Assembly: GCA_051942245.1 (NCBI GenBank)
Contig: JAVECL010000160.1
Span: 1-41,438, forward strand
DNA from: Trypethelium eluteriae
Lineage: Eukaryota
DNA: 41,438 nucleotides
Direction of reading: 5' to 3'
Positions within the stretch are counted from its first letter, which is position 1; each line of letters starts with the position of its first letter. The notes beneath the pieces are model-generated. The model was not told the origin of the DNA and searched no databases. It saw only the letters and a list, made by a program, of their open reading frames with translations. The position numbers and the translations under genes were made by a program. Positions 22,282-35,618 of the stretch are shown in pieces.

Positions 22282-24331
22282 ATGAAGACGACATGGAAAG
22301 ATATAGCGCCTGTGCCTAATTCTCAAGAATTCTTGGACATTGTGCTTAGCCGGACACAGCGACGCTTACCTACACAAATTCGCTCCGGTTTCAAGATCAG
22401 CAGAATCAGAGCTTTCTATACACGAAAGGTCAAATATACAGCGGAGACCTTTGCTGAAAAGCTATCTGCAATACTTGAAGGCTTTCCGCGTTTACCTGAC
22501 ATTCACCCTTTCCACAAGGATCTCCTCAATACCCTTTACGATGCGGACCATTTCAGAATCGCTCTCGGACAGCTTTCGACTGCAAAGCATCTTATCGAGG
22601 CTGTAGCTCGCGATTATGTGCGACTTCTCAAATATGGACAATCTCTCTTCCAATGCAAACAGCTAAAGAGGGCGGCCCTGGGACGCATGGCAACAATATG
22701 CAAGAGGTTGAGGGACCCATTAATATATTTGGAGCAAGTACGACAACATCTGGGACGGTTGCCTTCGATTGACCCCAATACACGAACACTGTTGATTTGC
22801 GGTTATCCAAACGTCGGCAAATCAAGTTTCCTCAAAAACATATCTCGAGCTGATGTTGACATCCAACCCTATGCCTTCACTACCAAATCCCTTTTTGTTG
22901 GCCACTTCGACTACAAAATGTTGCGCTTTCAAGCCATTGACACGCCCGGGATCCTCGATCATCCTTTAGAAGAAATGAACACCATCGAAATGCAATCCAT
23001 CACCGCCATCGCCCATCTCCGCTCCGCCATCATGTACTTCATGGACCTCTCCGAACAATGCGGCTACTCCGTGCAAGCGCAGATCCAACTCTTCCAATCC
23101 ATCAAGCCCCTCTTCTCCAACAAACTCGTCTTCCTCGTCATCAACAAAATCGACATCACCCGCCCCGACGACCTTGACCCGGAAACCCAGCAGCAACTCC
23201 AATCCCTCATCGACTCCACCGAAAACATTGAAATGCTGCAGCTCTCCTGCACCACCACCGAGAACCTCATGCACGTCCGCAACGCCGCCTGCGACCGCCT
23301 CATCGCCGAACGCAACGCTGCTAAACTCACAGGCGGCACTTCATCCTCCGGCGAGCCCACAGGCCGCCTCGGCGACCTCCTCCGTCGCATCCACGTCGCC
23401 CAACCTCTTGGCGGCATCACGCACGAGGCGTACATCCCTGATGCTGTCAAGGCGCGAATGCAGCTCGACAAGGACGATCCGAGTCGGCTTCCGTTGCTTC
23501 GGGACGTCGAGGCGGAGAACGGCGGGGCGGGTGTATACAATGTGGACCTGCGTAAGGAGTGGCAGCTCGGGGATCCGGAGTGGCGGTATGATAAGGTGCC
23601 GGAGATTATGAATGGAAGGAACGTGTACGATTTTATTGATCCGGATATCGCGACGAAGCTGGCGGCGTTGGAGAAGGAGGAGGAGCAGTTGGAGGCGGAG
23701 GGATACTATAACGATGCGGAGGAGGAAGAGATGGAGGATGTGGATGAGGTGGAAGTTAGGTATAAGGCTGGGTTGATTCGGGAGAAGCAGGCGCTGTTGA
23801 AGAACGAGGCACGCATGAAGAAGTTGAAGAATGGCGCTGTGATTCCGAGGAAGAAGGTCACTAAGAAGTTGAGTGCTATGGAGAGTCATCTTGACAGTCT
23901 TGGTCTCGACACAACTCGTGCGTCTGCCCGCGCGAGGGAGCAGAGTAGACGGCGGAGCGCAAGCACCACGCGTGGGAGAAGTCTCGATGCCAATGGCGAT
24001 GCAGACGCAATGGATATCGATACGCCGAGGAGCGCGAGCCAGGCGATCGCGAGAGCGAAGAGTCGCGCGAGGAGTCAGAGTACGAATCGTAGGGATGATG
24101 GTGTTACGGATGAGATGGCAAGGAGTAAGGCGGAGCGGTTGGTGAAGCTGGGACAGAAGAAGATGAATCGGATGGCGAGGCAGGGAGAGGCAGATCGGCA
24201 TCAGACGGCGGCACTGCCGAAGCATCTGGTATGTGCCATTTCCTTTCCTGACACTGAATTTCGAGATGCACTCTCTGACTTGTGTAAAGCTTGCGGGGAA
24301 ACGCGGTATGGGGAAGACAAGAAGTCGTTGA
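22282..24331 (+). CDS. NOG1: Nucleolar GTP-binding protein 1, ~662 aa; exons 22282-24228, 24290-24331
   Basis: [20 protein letters not shown] and NKID motifs plus the NOGCT region. The true end after intron 24229-24289 is [17 protein letters not shown]. Confidence 0.97.
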
Positions 24332-24567
24332 GAAGACCAATATACGCAGTGGTGCAAATTATGCGCTTGATGATACGCTTGATGATAGAGCTTGCATTAT
24401 GGAGGCATTTCCGGCCATACCCAATTTATTGGCGTTCAGAAGACATACATTCAACGGACTTCAATGAAATCCCATACAGGACTGATTTCGTGGCTCATTT
24501 CGTCGTCCCTTAGGCCAATACGCGTTATTCCATGCCTGGTTTCCTTCTTCTATCTTCTGTTCTATTC

Positions 24568-24792
24568 TCATGACTTGCAAAAGCAACAACGTCCAAAGCA
24601 GCCGCGCATACACCAGCACCTGCAGCACGCTTTCCTCTCGCCAACTTTTTCCTCTTCTATTCCCATGCCAGGATGATATTGCATTTCCGGTCTTAACAGA
24701 GGCTGCGCCATAGATTGTGGTTGTCCTGTAGCTGGACCGGCGAAGGAGCGTGGTGGTCGATCCATGATCGAAGCCGGGGCTCTCGAAGGCAT
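24568..24792 (-). CDS. Small protein (74 aa), Pro/Gln-rich N-terminus and Cys-rich C-terminus (CYSTM-like architecture)
   Basis: ATG-initiated ORF ending ACCRCWCMRGCFGRCCFCKS (8 Cys in 20 residues). Confidence 0.5.
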   Translation of the reverse strand: MPSRAPASIMDRPPRSFAGPATGQPQSMAQPLLRPEMQYHPGMGIEEEKVGERKACCRCWCMRGCFGRCCFCKS

Positions 24793-27380
24793 AGTTCGAG
24801 TATATTACGGGGCTATTATCAATCGAAGTAGGTGAAATTGGTCCTCGAGTCGAATTATATCACAGCGGCTTTTGCACTGTCAATGAAGGTAATTGCAGCC
24901 TCTCAAAGGTTGCTGGTGGGTCTTTCGAGATCTAGACGCGTATCTTTGGAAAGGACATGACGAAAATATTCAAAGGAGAGCCTTGCCACAGCTTTCTATC
25001 CGAAGATTTTGGAGAAATGGGAATCACTGTATGCTGGAAATCATTCTGGGAATCGTGTTCTCAGAAGAGGTGTTAGGGTCAGGCGGAATGAAAGTTGGCT
25101 AAAGTTGTCATTCTGGCATATTATTGAGGTTGGCATCACCAGAATGTGCGCCTGTGTGCACTGACGTCATGGTAACTGATCCTCAACGGTGTTCTCTTAA
25201 GAGCCCTCTTCTAATCCGTCCGCTGACCCTCCAAATTTCGCGTTACTTCATTTAGATCGCGCAGTAATCTCATGAGCTTCTTCACAAACTTCATTCCGAT
25301 CAAAGCGTGAGTACAGATATTGAGAAACAAGTCAGTCCTCTCGGAGGTGATAAGAAAAGGCAACCGTCGGACACTATAATTCCACTTGCCTTTTGGTTGG
25401 CCTACCTTCCTTCTTGGCTATGGCCCGAGCCGCCTTCAAAAGTAATACTAACAAAATCGCTGGCGTACCCTTATTATCTTAATCATGAAAAACATACATC
25501 CCTCGAGGTGTAATGTGGCACTGACATTAGTGAAAGCATGTCGTTCGGCCGCTTTGAAGGCATTTTTGAGTACTTGTGTTGCCTGAAAGATAACATAAAA
25601 AGCAACTCAATCACGCTTTTTTCCGTCTCTTTCCATCTTGTCTCATGTCCATTGGACGGCTTTACGTTACAGAAGAATGATGATTCACCTTGATTTAGTG
25701 CCGCATGCAATATGCTCGTTAAGCTGAAAATGTTGTAGCCTTGGCGGCACTTATCTCGCAGCCTTGCTCCGCTCCTATCTATTCAAGAGACTCTATGCGC
25801 CCAAGCTGGGTCAGAAGATGTCTTCCCGCAACCATAGCGACTTGGCGTGTCAAGTTGAGGTTACCGGGTGTCCAGAGCCATGAGTAGAAGTGATCAACAG
25901 AGCCAACCAGCGAGTCTTCATCTTACAAGTTTGGCTCGGAAGTTTCTAGCCAACGACACTGTCCCTTATACAACGGCAGCAGATAGGGGTGGGAGTCCAC
26001 AGAAGACAGAATTGCATAGAGTGGCTGCAGGTTTTCACTCCCGTCGGTCTGCAAGCGGAAGTCGAGACCTTATGCTGATGATGGATGCCGCATTCGCATA
26101 ATTTACCAGCTCAGCCGCAAAAAGAGCTGAAAAGGTATCATTTTGCGCGATTTTTTTTCAGCCGGCTCGAGGCCTTTGTTTTGGAGGGATTGGTCCCATC
26201 TATCTTAATGATCCCACGTAGCGGCCCGCACCGATGAAATGCATATCAGTCCTCTTCACGAGAGTCCGCCCTGCATGTTTTGCATGAATATTTCATGTTG
26301 GTGGCGAAGATTTGATAGGCTCATATGGTGTGCTGACCTCGGCTTGTATATGCCTACCACTTCCAATTGTTTCATGCGATGACCTGGTCGAGCGGGAGCT
26401 TCATCAACACATACGCCCAGCTGGTCACCTAGTCTGCGTTAGCTTGTCCACCATATCCTAATGATTATGCCAATGCATAACTCGCGCTACAAGGCATCGT
26501 CATTGATGTGGACAAGAGCGTATGATAAGCAAGTTTGCCAATAGAGGGTAAATACTTGATGCTTTCCATGTGTAATGCAAAACATACCACAGAGTCGTAC
26601 TCTACAGACTCGTCCCTTAAGACGGAACCTTGGATGGACGAACCGAGGCACCTCAACTCCCGGTCACAGGATCGGGGTGTGCACGGTACCACCCGTCCTT
26701 GATAGACATGACAGACAGTCAAGGCTCTCATTTTCACTTCCTGAGGCTGTCAAAGAGATCCCGGTTCGGTATTTCCCCACAATCAAGACGCGCTCCTGGC
26801 GAGGCAGCAGCAAGGTGCCGAGTGGCACCGCCGTCCGTGACAGGCCTGCCCTACACTCGGGTGCTACGAATTAGGGTTTGCACCGAACACGACAACACGT
26901 CACAAAAGATTTAGTGACCAATTCGTCTCTCGTCCGTCTTTCGCATTGGGGGCCGGAAAATCACCGTTCTGTTTCATTCGGAGTACAGTCCCTCGCAATC
27001 AAAGATATTGAGACCAGAGTGCTGCGGTACGGCCTTGTGGCTGGCCACCAGAACCGTCATGCCTTGCCTGCGCCGCGCCTCTGGGCACGCCGCTATTCGT
27101 CGCGGATAATCGTTGTATTATAGACTAGCGGGGGCGGTCGCTATGCCATGCTCTGCCTTGCTTCTATCTTTGATCGGATCGGTGAGGCTTCTGCAGCCAT
27201 CTGCACACTATGCAGGGGCTTTATGCCTGCGGTGGCTCCTCTCCCGTAGCTTAGCACATCAGATTCGATGGTGAATGCAGGTAGCTGTTGTACATGTCCA
27301 TGTTCATGCGGGTCATGGGTGAATAAGAGGGCAGACGCATTCCCTTGCTCCACATCGATGATTTTTCGATAGGTGATTTC

Positions 27381-27400
27381 ATCTCATCTCATCTCATCTC
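27381..27400. repeat. (ATCTC)4 microsatellite upstream of the GPCR gene
   Basis: Read directly from the sequence. Confidence 0.8.
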
Positions 27401-27470
27401 TTCATTTCTCCTGCCCAAGTCGTCTTGACAAGTTTTGACGTGTTGTTGTTTCCACGCGCTCTTCGACAAT

Positions 27471-28807
27471 ATGGAAATCTTGGCAAGAGAGAGCGCGGCG
27501 GAAGCGAGTCGAGTGACGAACATCTTAGTTGTTGAGATAGTCGTCGCCATGGCTTCTACAATAGCAGTCGGGCTTCGAATCTTTGCGCGAACGCTCCGAA
27601 GGGTGCCATTTGGCGGGGATGACCTTGCCATTGTTCTCGCGCTTGTATGATTCAACGCGCTCAGCATGACATTCCAGAACTAATCGAGCAATAGCCGGTA
27701 GCATGGGGAATTGCTATATCAACCTTTCTCAGTATGCCAACTGGTCAACGCCTATCGGAGCTCGAGCTGACCTTAAGTCTCAGTGGTCCGCTATGGATAC
27801 GGGAAACATGGAGACGTGTTGCCCAAGTCAGATATGAAACCCTTCACACAGGTAAAACGACATAAGCTTGCACGCACTTTCACGGCGCTGACAGGCACAA
27901 CAGTCACTCCTCTCGGGCGAAATTCTCTGGACCATTGCTATCCCGCTCATCAAAGTATCCATATGCCTCTTCTATCGAAGAATATTTGGCGAGATCAAAT
28001 ACATGCGCTATGCCACGAGCATCATTGCGGTCTTCTCAGTCTGCTGGGGCATTATGTATGCCATAGTCCTGGGACTCCAATGTCGACCCTTGGCGGCCTT
28101 GTGGGATAAGTCGATCCAGGACTCCCATTGCATTGAACAGATGCTTTTCTGTTTCATTGGCTCGGCCATGAACGTCTTCACCGATTTTGTGCTGTTGGCA
28201 TTACCTGTGCCTGCAGTTTGGCATTTGCACATTTCGATTCAGAATAGACTCCAGGTCTGCGCCATACTGGCGCTGGGGACATTGTTAGTGAATTCGTTCT
28301 GGATTAGGGTTTCAAAAAGACGCTAATTCGGTCCAGCGCCTCCACAGTCAGCCTGGCCAGATTTGCAATCCTCCTCCACTGGCAGAAAGTTGTCGATCCA
28401 ACGTGTAAGCGTCTCATCGAATCTGATCATGCATTTCCCTCTCTTTGGAAAACTAACCGCTAGAACCAGGGAATTACTACTATCCGTACCTATTCTGCAC
28501 CATCGAAGTCCACATCGGTATTGTGAGTGCCTGTCTTCCAACCCTACGCCCGTTAGTGCAAAGCGCACTGGCCCAGGCCAAGGACTCGATTGGCCGCAGT
28601 TCCGGCAAAGCCGATACACCAGATCCAGAGCAAGCATATAGAGGAATGGTGCACTCCAAGTCTGATGGAAGTAAGAGCATATCGCAGACGTATAGTTACA
28701 AGGTTGTGGTTCGCCCAGCATCAAGCAATTCTGGACAGTCGGGTGACGAGCGATTGATGAACCCAAATGATATAAGTTTCTGGACAAGCATTGATTCACA
28801 TGCTTAG
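27471..28807 (+). CDS. PTH11-like 7TM protein (fungal rhodopsin-domain family, no CFEM), ~354 aa; exons 27471-27644, 27695-27731, 27784-27851, 27904-28283, 28337-28404, 28470-28807
   Basis: LRIFAR..GGDD, YGYGKH, KVSICLFYRRIF, QCRPLAALWD, TDFVLLALPVPAVWHL, IEVHIGIVSACLPTLRP. Five in-phase introns. Confidence 0.92.
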
Positions 28808-29846
28808 GGAGCGGCTTGCAGGTTCGTAATGACCTTCACTGGCATTAAAATAATGAATCTGATGGGTACCACGATAATGTATTATTTATGATCTCACCAT
28901 AGATTAGGAACTATTCAGAAGACATTCAAACCTGAAGACAACTAGTCATTCGAGACAGATAGGCTCAGCGCAGCCCGTGTTTTGCGCGGCGAAGATTGGC
29001 TGCATACGCTTCGGTTCTCTACACGCATTCTTCTCAGGCAGCTTGAACCGGAGAGCTCTCGGAGAGCTTTGACCATTATCTACGCCTTGGCATGTTTCCC
29101 AAAGACTGCAATGACTTACCGATGGGGCATAGTGTGGAAGGGGAATAGTCAGTAGCGCGAAGGTCGTAGTTGCGCATGCTATCCTGAACGCAAGAGATAT
29201 AGACCCATCACTTTCTAGTGGTAAAATTAATATACGGTTCGAGAGCTTTGACTTTCATACAGAGTGTGGGTAATTTGAAGATTGTTGGGATCGCTGACGC
29301 ACAGGGTTAAAACCGCAAACACCGAACCCAAATCATTGGTACGCCTACGAAGGCGAAGATTCACGTCCAATGCCATGGATGCTCAGCCACTTGTCCACAT
29401 CACGGCGATTGGGGCATTGTCTGAGAAGACGAGGGGAAAAATCTGCAACTTCAGCTCTAGCTTCACAATATCTTCAAGTATGAGACGACATCAACAGTGA
29501 TGGTAGTAAAGACAAGCATTGGTATCCGCCCAACATCGCGCGATTAAACGAAACGGGATAGTGCTAATACTCAGCCTCACAGATACCAGCCCGTGCGACT
29601 CTACCCCTTATGATCTCAGCCCGTGATTTCTCGCTTATCCTCATCTCTCTAACTAGGTATGGTTAGTTGCGCGAGGTTGTGAACGCCCTTTAAATCGTGT
29701 ACCAATAATCGAGAGAATAATTATACAGGGTCCTAGCAATGCGGGCGTAAAGCAAAGAGCTATAAATCAGCTCTGCTCCGTAGGTACTACTAATTTCATC
29801 ATCGACTACTCTCTCATCTCTTGAATTCATCTCTTGCGCATTCACA

Positions 29847-31861
29847 ATGGGCCGACATGGCAGACGAAGACAGAGCAGAGAAAGAGGAGGACCTATCACG
29901 ATGGCAGTCAAGCTCGTTGGTGCCGGGATAGGTCTTGGTGTCGAAGCCTACCACCACCAGAAAGAGAAAAAGCGGTCGCAATCTCCGAACCCAGCTGGTG
30001 AAAGCCCAGTGACGCCATCCAGTAGCAGTCATACGGTGAGCGAAAACGACATCAATCATGGGATGCACAGCATGGACATTGGATGTCGCAGTCCTGGCGG
30101 AGACGACATTTCGAGAAGCAAGTCTGCTCCGGAAGGAAACACACCCGACGAGGCTCCACCAGCATATGTTGAACTTCCTCAGGAACAAGCAGAGGCTCTC
30201 ATTGAGAGAGGCGAGGCCGTTCCTGTTGATGAGAAAGGACGAGAGCGAGAGCTGTCGCCCGAAGACAACCCTCCCGAATACGATGAGCAAGATTGGGCTT
30301 TAGATGAAGCCGCTGATGCGGCAGATGACAAGCCGGCGGACGAGCATGAGACTGAGAAAGACCCTAAAAAGATATCTGCACGCATCAATGTCGACGAGTT
30401 GATTGCCAAGTACATGGTTCGACATCCCGAGATTGGCAGGCCTGTAGTTAGCACGGGTCTTCCTGTTCCCGTCATATTACCACAACGACGACCGGGCACA
30501 AAAAAACGCGGGTTCGTTCGAGCATATTCGCCTGTGCTGGATGACTGCGGCATCAATCAAGCGATGTTCCTGGATTTCTTAGAAACATTCGACGAGTGCG
30601 CTAGGGTAAGCCCCGGCAACTGATTGTCTACTCCCCGCCACGCAGTACGCGGAAACTGACTTCTTGGCCATCATTAGGGTGATCCATGGATCGCAGGCAT
30701 CATGATTGCAGCAGGCATAGCAGGCTTTACGCCCGGCATCATCGCCCTGGCTGTCACGACCGCCGTTCAAATCGCTGCTGGCACTGCCATAGAAATGCAA
30801 ACCCGCACCCGTGCCAATTTCTACATGAACACAATGAACGAGAAGCTGTTCAAACCGCGCGGACTGTATGCTCTAGTGATGGGCTTCGACCCAGAAGCCA
30901 CTCAAACCGTCAGCTATGGACAAATCGACCTAGCAACTCAAAGCATAGCCAAATATGATCTGCAAGGGAACCAACAGAGCAAATGGAAGCAGTTTGGAAT
31001 CAACATGAGGCAGAGTAGCGGGACGACGCGCGGAGAGATAGAAATGCCAGAATGTGCGCCTCTAATCTTCCCATCAGTCGACGCTGCCGCAGGAGACAAA
31101 GAAAAAATGGGTCGGATGAAGAGAACAGGGAATTGGCTGGACAATTACTTCGACAAGCAAAGCCAAGCCAAATACGTGAGTAGTTTCTCATGAGAAGTCC
31201 TCTCCCTAATCTGGACGCTAAACGCCTTCCTCTTTTACACAGAACATGAAGAATCCGGACACCACCCTCGGCAACGCAGTGCCCAATCCAGAGTTCCACT
31301 CTCGCTTCTCAGACCCCTCGCATCCAGCACGAAGCGGTTCTCCTCTCGCTCTCATCACCGGCGGCAAATTGGGCACTTCTCCCGACGGTCGTCGCCGAGG
31401 TCTCATTGGAGGCGTGGTCTCGGGTATCGTAGCAGCCAGCAGCAGTGGAAGCAGCAGTAATGCTGCTGGCAACCATGGAAGGGGAGGGTCGACTTCCCCT
31501 ATACCATATGGCGGGTCTGGCAGTGGGAAGGAGAAGGATTATTACGGGAGAGATTCATATGGACGCGATGGTTACTCTGAAAGGGAGGAGTACTATGGTC
31601 ATGAGAGGAGAAGGGCACACCGCATGAGGAGTGACGAGTCAGATTCAAGTCGGAGGCGAGGCCGGCGCCGTGGTGGATTGATCGGCGTTGTGAAGAAGAA
31701 ACTTGCAGCGGTAAGTCCACCTGTGACTGGTCGTCTGCATCATTTGAATGAAAGCTGACATTGCGAAGGGTGTACTATATCTCGCGATCGTTAATTATCC
31801 GACGGAAGAGGCGCTTCAAGAAGCTAGACAAACGCTGCAGGCACAGTCTGTGGCGCGATAG
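29847..31861 (+). CDS. Conserved fungal protein of unknown function (resembles the BuaE-like family); exons 29847-30605, 30678-31175, 31243-31710, 31769-31861
   Basis: GAGIGLGVEA, LPVPVILPQRRPGTKKRGFVRAYSPVL, NEKLFKPRGLYAL, FHSRFSDPSHPA, VLYLAIVNYPTEE. The start may be 29847 or 29901. Confidence 0.85.
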
Positions 31862-32404
31862 TGGATGCGTAGATGATTCGCGACGTCCTTGTATTGAGAT
31901 CAAAGGCTTGATTGATCTTCTACGTCAAAATGTTATTCAGTGCATTATACCAGATTTACTACATCAAAGGATTTACCTCAATTCCGAAGTCCACTCAGGG
32001 ATTGGGTCACCGCGTGGACTCAAATTTCCACCTCTCGTTGTCTTGCGGGATCGATAACAGAGCAAATCTACATCAGAGAGTTGCATTGCAAATATGGATA
32101 GCTAAAATGTTCATGGTAATTAAATATTCATGATGCCCCGTAGGGATGACTTGGTCTTACCGTACTGGGAATAGATTGTGTAGTCTAGGCGGACAGGCGG
32201 GCCGGCAAGTCTCTCCGTCATTATGGATATTTGAGGGGTTGCGGTCAACGTCAGACACTTAGACGCCCCGGAGGAGGCAGAGGATGATTTAAGTCTCCTT
32301 CACCGCTGAGGTAGGTCAAGTTGTATGGTCATGTTCTGTCCTCATGAGCCGTGGCAAAGTCCGTTGAGCCGGTTTCCTTCATATTGTTCATTGTTGTTGC
32401 TATC

Positions 32405-33400
32405 ATGTCCTCGTTTTTACAGCCAGCGTTTCGACATGCAAACCAGTCCCTAATGCGGTGGTCAAGGAATGCCAGTCTTGCTCTTCCCAAACGGTCATTT
32501 TCTTCCACAGTGACAAGACCACTGAGGACAGACGTTGAATACAAACCAGATGATGCAGATTCTGGCAAAATCGCTCATTTAAGTTTCTTTGGTGACAAAA
32601 AATTTCCAATCGCTAGTCGAGACTCAATGCAGACATTACTTGCGGAGCTCGAATCTATTGAGGGCAGACAGGACGTGTTCGCGCTTATTATACGGTCTAC
32701 CTTCGTAGGTGCGGATCTGGATGGACTGAGGTGCCTTCAAGGTCCGCGAGACGCAAAGTCATTCATAAAAGTTGTAGATAACCTCTGCTCAAAGCTCCAA
32801 GACTTCCGAATTCCTGTAATAAGCGTGATCGATGGACCATGTATGGGAGCTGGCATGGAGCTGGCGGCTGCGTGCGACTTGCGTTATGCGACAAGTAGTG
32901 CTACGTTTGCGATGCCAGAAACAAGACTCGTGAGTCCTTAGCCGGAATCCTGCTGATGAACGCGGACTTATGAGATTGGAGGGTATGCCATCTGTAGTTC
33001 AAGCCAGTCTCATGCCCGGGCTTATTGGCTGGGGACGAGCGAGAGAATTACTCTACCTGGGAGATGTCTACGATGCCCACACGATGCAGCTGTGGGGCTT
33101 CGTCAACAAGGTGTTCGGGAGATCTGAAATGGAGCATGCCGTTATAGGATTGGAGCAAAAGCTAGCCCAGCTAGAGCCAAAGGCCCTTGCCACGCAGAAA
33201 GCACTGATGCGAGTCAGTGATCCGTATTCGCTAATTTTGGAAACCAAAGCTGATGTGTGATATAGGTATGGGAGAAGCGTGGTACAGAGCGAGCCGGCAT
33301 TGATGCAAGTATTGACGCTTTTACAAACGCATTCGTTGATGAAACAGCCACGAAGAAGATTCGAGCCGTTCGCACAGCAATGAAAAGTCGTCAGTTGTGA
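32405..33400 (+). CDS. Enoyl-CoA hydratase/isomerase (crotonase family) with mitochondrial-type presequence; exons 32405-32929, 32982-33212, 33266-33400
   Basis: FVGADL, PVISVIDGPCMGAGMELAAACDLR, FAMPETRL|GMPSV, GLIGWGRARELLYLG. Arg/Ser-rich N-terminus. Confidence 0.9.
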
Positions 33401-33589
33401 CTTCGTGATATTTGACGTCGGGATTTTTCCGAACTGCATTTAGCACAAGCATCAGTTGTTTGCATTGACTAGGATACCAAGTCACATTGTGCTATCATCT
33501 ACCATAGCCATACAATCTTTCCAAAGTCTTCCTTGAAACCCAAATTATCATTACCTAAAGCAGGATATGTCAGTTCTGACTTGAACCTC

Positions 33590-34643
33590 CTATGATGAAA
33601 GTGATGAGTTGAGTCGAGGAAGTGAGAGCTCCGACGACCCATTCTTCACAATCGGTACGACAATGTTCTCCTTGATTCCATTAAAGCGCGCGCTAGGTTC
33701 GGCATTCGGATTCTCCAAGGTCGGTTCAGAGGGCCCGCAATAACCTTCAAACATATTGATTTCGCTGATGAACCACGTCTTACCGCCATCATTAGTTGTC
33801 ATGTCTGTCATGTTTGCATTGTTGAAATTGATTGTCGCGGTTGTGTTGAAGTTTGGATCATGCAGTGCAAGGATGATAGTTGTGTTCACGTAAGCTATAA
33901 TTTCGATTAGGGGGCCATTCAGCAACAACATGTAAAGAGAAACGCAAGCTCACTATGCGCGGGAACGGTGCCAACAGCGTTACCATCACATTGCACCGTA
34001 GGTGAGAAAATGTAGCCAACGCCAAAGCCTGCCTGCATTAGCCTTGTGGAACGGTAAATGGTTGCACGGGTAGCGTACCTGCAGTCTCGTAGGAGAGGAC
34101 GGCACCATTGGAAACAGAAATCTGGGTGTAGCTCCCAGCGTTGTAGTTGTAGGTGTCTTTCCTGTTGTCAGGGACGACTTGAATATCTGAAAGTGAACGA
34201 CTGACATTCTACAACAACTGGTGCCCCCTTTCCGATACTCTTCATATTTGCGCTGGTCATCGAGCCTGTGGAAGTATTTAAATACCTTGCCATGACACAC
34301 CAGTCTCCAATTTGACCTCCACATGCTCTGTATCCATCGGTCAGCCCAATGTCATGCAATTGCACCAGACCATCACGTACTCCGCAGGATCTCCATATGA
34401 CATGATAAAAGTCTGGACCGTGCCCTGCCCAAAAGTTCCCGTCGTATAGAGCCCGGGCCAGAGTGATAGAATATTCTCTTGTGTCGAGGGAGCCGGTGGG
34501 ACGATGAGGCTGGTATAGACGTGGTTGATGTACGGGTTAGATATCGGATTGGCCTGGATAGACATTAAGGACCCCCACCACGCGTTAGACACGTTCGCGA
34601 GCGCAACGAGAATTAAAGTCAGATAAATGGTGATAGAAGACAT
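33590..34643 (-). CDS. Secreted beta-rich protein of unknown function, ~280 aa; exons 34643-34381, 34327-34206, 34156-34079, 34028-33954, 33894-33590
   Basis: Signal peptide, then LIVPPAP..LSLWPGL..VQT, CGG..DWCV, QCDG..GTVPAH and YVNTTIIL..TNDGGKTW. All four introns in phase. Confidence 0.82.
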
Positions 34644-35618
34644 ATTCAATAACGATACTTCGACAAAGATAATGGTATGTGTTATGAATATATTAATAAT
34701 TGCTGTTGTGGACCAAGGCTCCCAAAGCTTCAATGAAGGAGGTTTAGCAGAAACTGTTGTCAAGGAGCCAATTGCCCTATTATAACGTAGAGCTGTTCCG
34801 GCGTGCATCTCACAGGAAGCGGGACTGAGGCACCGCGTGACCAGTAACGATTTGCTCAATCACTGTAGGATCGCGAGGTGGCGTGAGGCTGCGATGTTGT
34901 GTGAGGAATATAAATTTGAGGATTTTGAAGTTCAGGTCATTCTGTTATGCGATCATCGTGGCTAATTCGAAACTCACTCAGATCGCGGAGAGGGACAAGA
35001 TGCAACCGGGGTCATTTTAAAAGGCAAACACATCGACCTTGCACGATGCCGCTTGATATAGCGAGAAGTTAGATAAGGAAATGCACATATTCTTTCACGA
35101 AATTTGAGAAAGTAGTTGGGAGAGGTTTGAAAGAATGAAAGAGGGGTTGGAAGTACATACACCACGTTACTGAGCCGTGTGAGAAAGGACTGTAGAATAC
35201 GAAAATCATCTTCTTTTCACCATTATTGAGACAGCTGAGAACACCAGCTCTTCTAACATGAGATCCAGTCATTCTGCCTTAGATGAGACTCAGAGCTTCT
35301 TCAATCGCCAGTTGGCAAATTGATTATCACTGCATCCTGAGTAAGTAAGAGGAATGGAAGGAGGCGATGTCTCTTAAGCACACGTGCCACATCAGGACAG
35401 TCAGCGGCGAAACGTTGGCTGCGGGGGATCCGAGCCTCGGCTGATGTGAGTTCCAAACCACTCGCCTCGGTCAGAAAGCCCGTTCGATGATCGCAAGATG
35501 TCATTTTGCTCCCCCAAATCCTATTCTTTTTTCCTTTTCACCCTTTCCTCTAAAGTTGAGAACTGCTAATACAAATTGATTGACTGCCTATCTTCATCTA
35601 CTTACACACACCGGCAGC

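Noticed and set aside
23341..24357. 338-aa antisense ORF over NOG1 (and similar antisense ORFs over pepP, DDI1 and the cyclin)
   Set aside because: Shadow frames produced by biased codon usage of the sense genes.
24229..24513. Extended NOG1 C-terminus in the 743-aa ORF
   Set aside because: Artefact of reading through intron 24229-24289; the spliced end matches the conserved GKRG.GKT tail.
24850..27380. 2.5 kb gene-free stretch with short ORFs
   Set aside because: No recognisable coding, repeat or RNA signal; probably the upstream region of the GPCR gene.
34253..34285. Apparent 33-nt GT..AG intron in the secreted protein gene
   Set aside because: Below the usual fungal intron size, lacks a good branch site, and reads through in frame.
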